Source: a bacterium (GTDB lineage: Bacteria; Bacillota_I; Bacilli_A; RFN20; CAG-826). Taken from it: 59,090 nucleotides of DNA. The notes under the pieces are model-generated. The model was not told the origin of the DNA and ran no database searches. It saw only the letters and a list, made by a program, of their open reading frames with translations. The stretch's first letter is position 1. Each line of letters starts with the position of its first letter. Both the position numbers and the translations under genes were made by a program. Shown here piece by piece: positions 19,656 through 28,092 of the stretch. The stretch lies in contig CAVIJK010000005.1 in assembly GCA_963643345.1 (NCBI GenBank), forward strand, positions 1-59,090, read 5' to 3'.

Positions 19656-20576
19656 TCACTTAAACAAATAATTTTCTATGCCATCTTCAACAATTTTTTC
19701 AGACTCAATATTGTTTTTTATGAGAGAGACTATCGTTGATATCTCAAGTTTTGCTTGCGGAGTTGTGCCATATAAAGTTTCGATATCTTTTAATGAATAA
19801 TTGCTCATGAAGAAAGTGAAAAGCTTGTTCTTTGCTCTTTCGGTGATAATCGGTCTCAACACAGTGTTGATTGCATATTCGGATTTGAACTCACTACCAA
19901 AATTGTCTATGACAAGAACCCTAACGGTTTGCAGTTTATTCATTTCTTTTTGGAACTCCCCTCTTTTAAACTTGTCCATAGAGAGATTTCTTAAGTCCGC
20001 AAATTTTTGGTTTGCGTCAATAAATGAAATTTTTGTACCCCTTAAAGTGAGTTTATTGCAGCACATCGCAACTATAAAAGACTTGCCTGTACCAGTATTT
20101 CCACGTAAATAAACCCATTTTTTGTCTTTGGATTTAAGAGCCTTGGACAAAACGGTCATAACATCTCTAATCCTTTTGCTATTACTCGATGCTGTTTTTC
20201 CCAACCATTCATCAGGGAAACATCTGTCTAGATAGTTATCTGAGATCGCATCTATTGCAGCTTGTTTAGCGCATGGTCCAAATCTATTGATTATCTCCCC
20301 GGCATCCCCAATCGCTATATCTGTCGAATTATGGTATGAATCCGATACGCATTCTTCGAGACCTTTGCATTTCTTGCATTGATCTTTGGAAAGTTTGTAT
20401 CTATAAATCGTTAGGGCGTAGTGAGGAATCTCATCCTTGGAGACACCTAACATAGTCAATTTTTGGAGGACTTCATCATCGGATAAAATCTCATCAACAA
20501 TTGATTTGGATTCCGTATTTTGATTGACATATTTTTTCAAATCAATTTTCTCCATATTTTCATTCTCCGATATCAA
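19656..20576 (-). CDS. dnaI: Primosomal helicase loader DnaI
   Basis: It has an N-terminal Cys cluster (CKKCKGLEEC), Walker A (GNTGTGKSF) and Walker B (LVIDNFGSE). Confidence 0.85.
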   Translation of the reverse strand: MISENENMEKIDLKKYVNQNTESKSIVDEILSDDEVLQKLTMLGVSKDEIPHYALTIYRYKLSKDQCKKCKGLEECVSDSYHNSTDIAIGDAGEIINRFGPCAKQAAIDAISDNYLDRCFPDEWLGKTASSNSKRIRDVMTVLSKALKSKDKKWVYLRGNTGTGKSFIVAMCCNKLTLRGTKISFIDANQKFADLRNLSMDKFKRGEFQKEMNKLQTVRVLVIDNFGSEFKSEYAINTVLRPIITERAKNKLFTFFMSNYSLKDIETLYGTTPQAKLEISTIVSLIKNNIESEKIVEDGIENYLFK

Positions 20577-21864
20577 TATTATTTAAGAAATCTTCCATTT
20601 CTTCTGGGGTCATTATATCCGACTCGTCATCGTTATTTTCTTTTTTCTCTTCAACATGTTCTTCAATAACCGGTTTTTCTTCAAAAACAGGCTTTGAAGT
20701 GCTCCTTGACTCAGTTGTCTTCTTCTTTGTCTTAGTTCTAGAAGTTTCAGCAAAATAGTTCATTGCGTCCACCACGGTTTCCACGCCTTCTCTTACCAAT
20801 GATCCTGCAATTTTTTGAGTAAATGTGGCCGGCAACGTGTTGTTATGCGTTGTTGTCACATAAAGAATCAGCGCATTGCAAACAGGCGACGATAAACCCA
20901 TATCCACAGTTAGTGTATTTATCAAATCAATATCCGGCTTTGCAGGCTTGTTGCCCTTTTGCAATTTGGATAGGAATTCTATCGGTGTCAATGTCTCCAT
21001 TTGCCTTATTGATCTAGCGAGTTCCGAATTGCCGTGCGCTTCGCTTGATTTGGATTGAGCCTTTCTCAAATATGAGAATTTATAATTATCCTCTGCAAGT
21101 TTAGCCAAATATTTTGTGTTCAATCTTTCACCCATCGGCTTGTTAAAAGCAAATGCTTCTCTTACAAATCCGGCAAACGCTTCTTCCTCATAATTGTAAA
21201 GCGCGGCAATCCTGGCGATTTTTATGAATTCTATCTTGGTAAATGAGTCAAAATTAAATCTGTAATCCAAGATTTTCAAAGCTTTCATGAATGCGTTTCT
21301 ATCGAAACCGGTATTAACACTCCCCAATGTGTGCCCGCCCGTAGTTTTAGCGGATTCTCCATAAATAGGATCCGACAAGTCAGGAGAGAAGAAGGCCTGG
21401 AACGACTGCGATACGTTTTCAAAATCTTGGGGAGCCTCTTCAAGCTGATATTTTTTGGCAAGTTTATCCACCGCCTCTTGACCGATATATTTGGCCAATG
21501 TGCCCGCGAGTAATTCGTTGCCTAAGAATTCTTTTGGGGTTCTAGGAGAATATGTGCAGTAGCAATATAGTTGATATTCTTGTTCAGCTTTCTTAAACGT
21601 TTGAATTAAGCCCATGGCTTCAAGACCCGCTAAAGCGGCAATAAACTCGCCAGATGAAAGCTGATTCTTGGTGAAGAAGGCCTTGTGAGACACGATTTCG
21701 CCCGCTTCAATATTAATCATGGCAAAGAACACCCCAACAGACTTGACGCCGATGATTGGAGCATAAAAATCCAAAATATAAGTGTAATCCTGCGTTGAGA
21801 ACAAGGATTGTGGTCTAACTTCTAATAAATCGCTTGGGCTAATTTCTTTCATGGGCAAAATCAT
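20560..21864 (-). CDS. dnaB: Replication initiation/membrane attachment protein (Firmicute DnaB, DnaD-like domains)
   Basis: It is 434 aa and sits upstream of dnaI, overlapping it, as in Bacillus dnaB-dnaI. It has a DnaB_2/DnaD-like repeat architecture and an acidic C-terminus. Confidence 0.75.
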   Translation of the reverse strand: MILPMKEISPSDLLEVRPQSLFSTQDYTYILDFYAPIIGVKSVGVFFAMINIEAGEIVSHKAFFTKNQLSSGEFIAALAGLEAMGLIQTFKKAEQEYQLYCYCTYSPRTPKEFLGNELLAGTLAKYIGQEAVDKLAKKYQLEEAPQDFENVSQSFQAFFSPDLSDPIYGESAKTTGGHTLGSVNTGFDRNAFMKALKILDYRFNFDSFTKIEFIKIARIAALYNYEEEAFAGFVREAFAFNKPMGERLNTKYLAKLAEDNYKFSYLRKAQSKSSEAHGNSELARSIRQMETLTPIEFLSKLQKGNKPAKPDIDLINTLTVDMGLSSPVCNALILYVTTTHNNTLPATFTQKIAGSLVREGVETVVDAMNYFAETSRTKTKKKTTESRSTSKPVFEEKPVIEEHVEEKKENNDDESDIMTPEEMEDFLNNIDIGE

Positions 21865-21923
21865 ATCAAAAAGGCATATTTAAATCTATCGAAGTTTCGA
21901 TGATTTCTAACTATTTTATAGTT

Positions 21924-22007
21924 TTATCCACAATCGTTGCGATTGGAAAAATCCGATGCAATGGTGATTTTTGGAGTTTTCCACCTGTCCTTTTTGACGT
22001 ATCCACA
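21924..22007 (+). promoter_or_regulatory. Cluster of DnaA boxes in the dnaB/pfkA divergent intergenic region
   Basis: The boxes are TTATCCACA (21924-21932, 9/9), TTTTCCACC (21977-21985, 7/9) and gTATCCACA (21999-22007, 8/9). All three share the same orientation. Confidence 0.5.
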
Positions 22008-22096
22008 ACTTTCAATCGGTAAAATATTCTCTGAATATCCTTAAAAAAGGATACTCAAGAGTTTATAATAGTCCCGATTATAAAGAGGTGAGTCCT

Positions 22097-23050
22097 ATGA
22101 AAATTGGAATCTTAACATCTGGTGGTGATTCCCCAGGAATGAACAATGCAATCGCGGCAGTAGTAAAAGCCGGGATCGCAAATGGAATTGATGTATATGG
22201 AATTTATAATGGCTATAAAGGCATGGTCAATGGAGATATCGAGAAATTAACTATTGCCGATATTACCGGCATCGTTGAAAAAGGTGGAACAATTCTAAGA
22301 ACTGCAAGACTTCCCGAATTCAAGGAATTGGAAGTAAGACAGAAAGCCGTTCAACAACTCAAATCCCACGGAATCGAAGCCGTCATTGTCATTGGTGGCG
22401 ACGGTTCTTATATGGGTGCTAAAAAACTCTCAGAGATGGGAATCAATTGCATCGGACTTCCGGGCACAATCGATAATGATATTGCATGCACAGATTACAC
22501 GATAGGTTTCGATACAGCACAGAACACGATTTTAAGAGCGGTTTCAGAAATCAAAGACACGGCAGCATCGCATTCTAGATGTATTGTTGTTGAGTGCATG
22601 GGAAACAAATGCGGAGATTTGACTTTATTCTGCGGAATCGGAACGGATGCCGATTACATTGTCACTGCTGACCATCAGGTCCCATTCGACGAAATCGTCT
22701 CTGGATTAAAAGCAAAGCACGATGCCGACCCAGAAAGTTACGCGATCGTCATGATTTCTGAAAAATTCTTTGATGTCGATAATCTCACGGCAAGAATTGC
22801 AAGCCAGACAGGTTACGATACACGTAAAAATGTTCTCGGACATATTCAAAGAGGCGGTTCACCAACATCGTTTGATAGAATCTTAGCCTCTAGAATGGGC
22901 GTCAAAGCGGTTGAATTGCTGCTAGAAGGTAAAGGCGGTAGATGTATTGGCATCAAGAATAACCAAATCGTCGACTTTGACATCTATGAAGCTCTCGCCA
23001 TGAAGAGGGTTACAGAACCTGATGTCGCTAGATTAGCAGAGGTTTTATAA
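22097..23050 (+). CDS. pfkA: ATP-dependent 6-phosphofructokinase
   Basis: Supporting motifs are MKIGILTSGGDSPGMN, IGGDGSY and PGTIDND. ATG 22097 sits 8 nt after the AAAGAGG SD. The ORF-track GTG 22088 lies inside that SD. Confidence 0.95.
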   Translation: MKIGILTSGGDSPGMNNAIAAVVKAGIANGIDVYGIYNGYKGMVNGDIEKLTIADITGIVEKGGTILRTARLPEFKELEVRQKAVQQLKSHGIEAVIVIGGDGSYMGAKKLSEMGINCIGLPGTIDNDIACTDYTIGFDTAQNTILRAVSEIKDTAASHSRCIVVECMGNKCGDLTLFCGIGTDADYIVTADHQVPFDEIVSGLKAKHDADPESYAIVMISEKFFDVDNLTARIASQTGYDTRKNVLGHIQRGGSPTSFDRILASRMGVKAVELLLEGKGGRCIGIKNNQIVDFDIYEALAMKRVTEPDVARLAEVL

Positions 23051-23051
23051 T

Positions 23052-24512
23052 ATGGATTTAAACATCAGCAAAAAGACTAAAATAATCTGCACCATAGGAC
23101 CGGCTTCCGACACACCGGAAATGGTTAAGAAACTTTATGATGCAGGAATGAATGTCATGAGACTGAATTTTTCTCATGGCACCCACGAAGAGCAAGAGAA
23201 AAAAATGCAGATTGCTCGTGATTTCGAAAAGAAATACAAGATATACATTCCGGTTGCTTTGGACACAAAAGGTCCAGAGATGAGAACTGGAATGATGGAA
23301 AATGGCAAAGTCACAGTCTCTAAAGGCCAAATAATGAGAATCACCAAAGAAAAAGTGTTAGGCACTGCCGAAAGATGGACATGCTCCTTTGCCGGTCTTT
23401 ACGATGACGTCAAAATCGGAGATCACATCCTCGTCGATGATGGAAACTTAACGCTCGAAGTTGTCGATAAAGACGCAAAAACAGAAGAAATAATCGTTAA
23501 GGCTTTAAACAACCACTACATCAAAGATCAAAAAGGAATGAACGCCCCGATGTCGAGATTGTCTCTTCCTTTCATTTCGGAAAATGATGAAGAAGATTTA
23601 AAATTCGGATGCGAAAAAGATGTAGATTGCATCTTTGCTTCTTTTGTAAGAAGACCAGAAGACATCTTAGATATGAAAGCGGTCCTTGCAAAATACGGCA
23701 AACCAGATATGCCAATTTTCGCCAAGATTGAAAATCAAGAAGGCGTTGAAAAGATTGAAGACATCATCGCCGTGGCAGACGGAGTCATGGTCGCTCGTGG
23801 TGACTTAGGTGACGAAATCGAACCGCAAGATGTCCCGCCTGTACAAAGAAAAATCGGAAATCTCTGCAGAAAAGCCGGTAAACCTTGCATCATTGCAACT
23901 CAAATGCTCGAATCAATGACGACGCATCCAAGACCAACTAGAGCTGAAGTAAGTGACGTCGCTACAGCTATCTACGAATCCTCCGATTGCGTTATGCTCT
24001 CGGGTGAGTCAGCCTCTGGCCAATATCCAGTGGAAGCCGTTTCGATGCAAACCGCAATTGCCTCAACTATTGAGAAAGAATTGCCATACGAGCAATTAAC
24101 TAGAGAGGCTTTTGAAACATCTAACAAAAAAGACACAAATGACGCCATCGCATCAGCGGTAGCAAATACCGCCCTAGTTTTAGGCGCCAAACTCATCGTT
24201 AACTTCACCCATCAAGGCAATTCCTCAAGAAGAATTTCCAAGGCAAGACCGGTTTGTCCTATAATTCAAGTCACAAGCAATAGAAAGACGGCCCTCAAAG
24301 GCGCATGGATGTGGGGAGTGTATTCGGTCTTATTGAGCACAACGATGCCTGATTTCACAGAAGAGATGGAAGTATTATCACTTAAGATAGCTAGAGATAT
24401 CGGTTTAAAACCAGGCGATCCAATCATCATTTGCGGCGGCATACCAACCGGCGCAGGAGTCACAAACTTCTTAAGAATAGTCAACGTCAACGAAGTCGAG
24501 GATATAGATTAA
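23052..24512 (+). CDS. pyk: Pyruvate kinase
   Basis: Supporting motifs are KIICTIGPAS, MNVMRLNFSHG, VMVARGDLG and ATQMLESM. Confidence 0.95.
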   Translation: MDLNISKKTKIICTIGPASDTPEMVKKLYDAGMNVMRLNFSHGTHEEQEKKMQIARDFEKKYKIYIPVALDTKGPEMRTGMMENGKVTVSKGQIMRITKEKVLGTAERWTCSFAGLYDDVKIGDHILVDDGNLTLEVVDKDAKTEEIIVKALNNHYIKDQKGMNAPMSRLSLPFISENDEEDLKFGCEKDVDCIFASFVRRPEDILDMKAVLAKYGKPDMPIFAKIENQEGVEKIEDIIAVADGVMVARGDLGDEIEPQDVPPVQRKIGNLCRKAGKPCIIATQMLESMTTHPRPTRAEVSDVATAIYESSDCVMLSGESASGQYPVEAVSMQTAIASTIEKELPYEQLTREAFETSNKKDTNDAIASAVANTALVLGAKLIVNFTHQGNSSRRISKARPVCPIIQVTSNRKTALKGAWMWGVYSVLLSTTMPDFTEEMEVLSLKIARDIGLKPGDPIIICGGIPTGAGVTNFLRIVNVNEVEDID

Positions 24513-24514
24513 TC

Positions 24515-25360
24515 ATGAAAAAAATCATCAGCCTAGACATCGGCGGCACAAATACCAGAGTATCTCTTATAAACGAGAGGTACGAGGTAGAAAAAACTCT
24601 CATCTATGACACGGTCATCGGTTCAACGGAGAAATTCCTCGCCAATGCAATCAAGGTCATTAAAGATGCGATTACAGACTATTCCGATGTAATTGCGATA
24701 AGCGCAGGCGTACCTGGACGTGTTCGCGAAAATGGATTTATCGATGCACTTCCAAATGTGCATATAACAAATGTGCCATTCTCGGAAGTGCTCAGCAAAG
24801 AATTCAATTTGCCTGTCTTCGCGTTAAACGATGCGCAGGCAGCTGCTTTAGCCGAAGCTAATGTTGGCGAATGGCATAAATACAAAAAAGTTTATTTCAC
24901 AACCATCTCTACTGGAATCGGCGGAGCGTTTTGCGTTGATGGAAAATTGAAGAATTCGTCAAATGAAGCGGGACACACGCTAATCAACTATAAAGGGAAA
25001 CTTTGGGAAACAGAGCATTTGGCATCTGGCACCGGAATCATCAGGCTTTGCGATGCAAATGGGCTATATGTGGCTAATGCAAGAGAATTCTTTGAGATGG
25101 TCGAAAACAAAAACAACCTTGCTTTAAGAATCTATTCTGATTGGATTTCAATTCTTGCCGGATGGTTCAATATGATTCAGGCGTTATACGAGCCGGAGGT
25201 CTTCACCTTAACGGGTGGAGTTATGAAAAGCGCAAAGCTCTTCTTCAATGACCTCCAAGGCGCAACGCCGAATGCCAACCTTCAAATCGCAGGTTGTGGG
25301 CAGATGGCCGGACTTCTTGGCGCTGCAGTCTATGGATTCCAAAGAGTCGGTCTCAAATAA
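24515..25360 (+). CDS. glk: ROK-family glucokinase
   Basis: Supporting motifs are MKKIISLDIGGTNTRV and GIGGAF...NEAGH. ATG 24515 lies 2 nt after the pyk stop. The longer ORF-track start would overlap pyk with an Arg-rich out-of-context extension. Confidence 0.85.
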   Translation: MKKIISLDIGGTNTRVSLINERYEVEKTLIYDTVIGSTEKFLANAIKVIKDAITDYSDVIAISAGVPGRVRENGFIDALPNVHITNVPFSEVLSKEFNLPVFALNDAQAAALAEANVGEWHKYKKVYFTTISTGIGGAFCVDGKLKNSSNEAGHTLINYKGKLWETEHLASGTGIIRLCDANGLYVANAREFFEMVENKNNLALRIYSDWISILAGWFNMIQALYEPEVFTLTGGVMKSAKLFFNDLQGATPNANLQIAGCGQMAGLLGAAVYGFQRVGLK

Positions 25361-25374
25361 CAATAAAGCCAATT

Positions 25375-25399
25375 AGGAAGCTAATGCTTCCTTTTTTAT
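25375..25399 (+). terminator. Rho-independent terminator after glk
   Basis: The hairpin is AGGAAGC-taat-GCTTCCT, followed by TTTTTT. Confidence 0.7.
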
Positions 25400-25533
25400 T
25401 TGGTTGACTGCGCAAAAAAAGCACCAAGAGAAAACCAAGTATTAATAAGATTAGATATTAATTCGCTACTATTTCTCTTTAATTTTTCTTAGGAAAAATG
25501 GTATATTATCCAGGTTAGGCATAACTAATTACC

Positions 25534-25938
25534 ATGAAACAGAAGATATCCAAAGAAAAATATGCATCCGAAACAAAGACGGTTAACTTGATGATCACAT
25601 TGTACTGTCACAAGAACCATAAAACCAAAAGGGATGAGCTTTGTCCAGATTGCCAAGAGTTAAAAGAATATTGCGCTTACCGCCTATCGCTTTGTCCTTG
25701 GGGAGACAAAAAGCCGTTTTGCTCGAATTGCACTATCCACTGCTACAACCAAGAACACCGTCAAAGAATAAAAGACGTCATGCGTTTTTCGGGTCCAAGG
25801 ATGCTTTTCCACCACCCTGTTTTAGCCATTAAACATGTATGCCAAACATTAAAGCAAAAGAGAAAATTGAAGAAAATCGCCAATGAAAAAGCAAAAAAAG
25901 CTAGAGAAAACAAAAACAAACAAACTGAGCAGAAGTAA
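25534..25938 (+). CDS. Cys-rich YgbA_NO (nitrous-oxide-stimulated promoter) family protein
   Basis: The pattern CHKNHK...CPDC...C...CPWG..KPFCSNCTIHCY...RFSGPRM matches that family. It has a Lys-rich C-terminal tail. Confidence 0.8.
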   Translation: MKQKISKEKYASETKTVNLMITLYCHKNHKTKRDELCPDCQELKEYCAYRLSLCPWGDKKPFCSNCTIHCYNQEHRQRIKDVMRFSGPRMLFHHPVLAIKHVCQTLKQKRKLKKIANEKAKKARENKNKQTEQK

Positions 25939-26389
25939 GATTCTCCGAGTCATCTTTTTAATCGTCGGGTTTATTTCTTTTGGACTAGGAACCGTCGGTA
26001 TTATCCTTCCGATTTTGCCCACTACCCCTTTTTATCTACTCGCGGCATTTTGCTTTGTGCGCGGATCGAATAAATTCGCCAACTGGTTCTTAAACTCAAA
26101 GTTCTATAAAAACCACGTCGGGAACTTCGCAAAGCATAGAGTGATGACAATTTACGGAGAGCTAATCTTGTTAACATTTGTTTCTACTCTGCTACTAACC
26201 TCAATGTGGTTCATCAATTCGTTTGCAATGTGCATTGTATTCCCTTGCCTAATCGCTTGTAAGTACGGCTACTTTGTGTTTAGAGTCACTCCAGTTGGTA
26301 GAAAAGAGTATCTGGCCATTAAAGAGGCGGATGCATTAGAAGAGAAACAAAAGTCCGAGATTATGGAAACGGAGGGCATTAAAGAATGA
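25883..26389 (+). CDS. YbaN/DUF454 inner-membrane protein
   Basis: The segment LGTVGIILPILPTTPFYLLAAFCFVRGSNKF closely parallels E. coli YbaN. The only in-frame ATG gives a 56-nt overlap with the upstream gene. Confidence 0.75.
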   Translation: MKKQKKLEKTKTNKLSRSKILRVIFLIVGFISFGLGTVGIILPILPTTPFYLLAAFCFVRGSNKFANWFLNSKFYKNHVGNFAKHRVMTIYGELILLTFVSTLLLTSMWFINSFAMCIVFPCLIACKYGYFVFRVTPVGRKEYLAIKEADALEEKQKSEIMETEGIKE

Positions 26390-28092
26390 TAGATAAAGAT
26401 TTGCTTAGATACATAAAAGGCAAAAGATACTATTTAGTCCTAATCACAGTTTTCTCTTTTCTAGGATTGGCCGCTTCAGTCTCTTCAACATACTTGCTCA
26501 CTAGATCAGTTGAGTCCTTTATGCAAAATGACTTCAAGTGGGGAGGAATATTCCTAGGGATAACTTCAGGACTGATAGTTACTTACATCCTTTTCTATAT
26601 AATAAAGGGCAAATTTAGCGACAAGCTATCTTCATACGTTGCAACAAAAATCAGAGGGGACATATATTCAAAATACATCCGTTTAAATGGTGACAGTTCT
26701 TTGAAAAATCAAGAGATTGCCCAACTTACCAGTGAAGGCATAGAGCAGTTAAAGCTTTATTACTCTTCTTACCTCCCATCCTTTTTCTATAGTATGAGTG
26801 CACCGATTGCTCTCTTCATTTTATTCTGTTTCTTCTCTTGGAAGGTGGCTTTGCTATATCTAGCCTGTGTGCCATTGATTCCGATTTCAATCATCGCGGT
26901 TTCCAAATGGGCAAAGAAAATCTTCGCAACTTATTGGAACAGATACCTTTCCCTTGGCGGCAACTACTTAGATTCCGTTAAGGGCATGAAAGAACTTCTG
27001 ATTTTCTCTTACGACAAAAAGATGGAGGAAGAAATGAAGGAATCGAGCGAAGAGTTCCGTTCCATCACAATGAAGGTTTTGGTTATGCAGCTTTTTTCTA
27101 CCACTATCATGGATTTGGTTGCATATGGCGGAGCTGCCGTCGGAATTGTTTTATCCTTGCTTGCCTTTAATGCTAGTGAGATTACCTTCCAGGTCACGAT
27201 GTTTTTAATCCTAGTCGGCGCCGAATTCTTCTTGCCGTTGCGCGCCCTAGGATCGGCTTTCCATATCGCAATGAACGGGGCGACCGCTGGCAAAAAGGTT
27301 ATTAAACTCCTAAACGAAGAGGAAAAACCGGACGGCGATAAAAACATCGATTCAATCACTTCTATCTCAATCAGAGACTTAAGTTTCCAATACGCTGACG
27401 CGGACAGTCCAGTTATAAGTAGCCTAAATATGGAGTTAAAGAAAGGTTTCACATCCTTAATCGGAGATTCCGGATCGGGAAAAAGCACCTTAAGTAAGTT
27501 GCTTTCTAGGCAATTAAATGGGTACAAAGGTACAATTTTAATAGACGGGGTTGAATTAAGCTCCATTAAAAACTACGAGTATAGGAAACTCGTTTCTTAT
27601 CTATCTATTGATAGTTACCTTCTTCATCTTTCGATTAGAGACGCGTTTAAATTCTATAATCAGGAAATCATGGAGGAAGAGATGGTCTCTCTTCTAGAAA
27701 AGGTTTCTTTAAAAGAAAGAATCCTTGATGAGCACGGCCTAGACTTCATGCCTAAAGAAGACGCCTCAGATCTTTCGGGTGGAGAAAAGCAACGCTTAAT
27801 CCTAGCTTATTATCTAGGAGCGAAAAAAGACTTCTACATCTTTGACGAGGTGACTTCCAACATCGACAAGGACTCCGAGGCCATAATTCTTTCTTCTATT
27901 AAAGAATTGGCGGAATCACATATAGTTTTATTTATCTCCCACCGTGTTAAAAATGCCTTGAACGCAGACAATATCTACTTTATTAAAAATGGCAAATTGG
28001 TGGAATCCGGAAGTCCGAATGAATTGCTCAAAAATGGTTCGGAGTTCTCAAAAATGATTGAAAACGAGAATAAATGGGAGGAAATAAGATGA
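26386..28092 (+). CDS. ABC transporter permease/ATPase, CydD-like thiol exporter subunit
   Basis: It has a six-TM N-terminal domain, Walker A (GDSGSGKST), the signature LSGGEKQR and Walker B (YIFDEV). Its start has an ATGA overlap with the upstream gene. Confidence 0.85.
   Translation: MIDKDLLRYIKGKRYYLVLITVFSFLGLAASVSSTYLLTRSVESFMQNDFKWGGIFLGITSGLIVTYILFYIIKGKFSDKLSSYVATKIRGDIYSKYIRLNGDSSLKNQEIAQLTSEGIEQLKLYYSSYLPSFFYSMSAPIALFILFCFFSWKVALLYLACVPLIPISIIAVSKWAKKIFATYWNRYLSLGGNYLDSVKGMKELLIFSYDKKMEEEMKESSEEFRSITMKVLVMQLFSTTIMDLVAYGGAAVGIVLSLLAFNASEITFQVTMFLILVGAEFFLPLRALGSAFHIAMNGATAGKKVIKLLNEEEKPDGDKNIDSITSISIRDLSFQYADADSPVISSLNMELKKGFTSLIGDSGSGKSTLSKLLSRQLNGYKGTILIDGVELSSIKNYEYRKLVSYLSIDSYLLHLSIRDAFKFYNQEIMEEEMVSLLEKVSLKERILDEHGLDFMPKEDASDLSGGEKQRLILAYYLGAKKDFYIFDEVTSNIDKDSEAIILSSIKELAESHIVLFISHRVKNALNADNIYFIKNGKLVESGSPNELLKNGSEFSKMIENENKWEEIR

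Noticed and set aside
21865-22087. The possibility that the DnaA-box region is the chromosomal origin (oriC).
   Set aside because: There are only two strong boxes and one weak one. No dnaA, dnaN or rpmH is adjacent, and I could define no obvious AT-rich 13-mer/DUE array. A DnaA-regulated promoter or a secondary DnaA-box cluster is more likely.
24431-24514. Upstream-extended ORF-track starts for glk (24431). The same applies to pyrD (33562), the S41 lipoprotein (42148), azlD (44704), the cydC-like gene (28074), glxK (4806), pfkA (22088) and the MGMT-like gene (47376).
   Set aside because: Each extension overlaps the preceding gene or a promoter/SD element and adds sequence foreign to the family. 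Internal ATGs with an SD or coupling overlaps give canonical N-termini.
25883-25938. The 56-nt overlap between the YgbA_NO and DUF454 genes as a programmed frameshift site.
   Set aside because: The region is A-rich and Lys-coding in both frames, but I see no slippery heptamer with a downstream structure. The DUF454 ORF has its own ATG, so simple overlap is the more economical reading. It is noted in the operon finding instead.
27009-27566. A 185-aa antisense ORF inside the cydD-like gene. Similar long antisense ORFs occur at 40115-40486, 41590-41979, 47767-48129, 52148-52525, 3794-4177, 17086-17400 and 57666-57983.
   Set aside because: All are embedded opposite genes with strong family signatures. 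They have low-complexity or odd composition, no SD, and no recognisable motifs. They are typical shadow ORFs.
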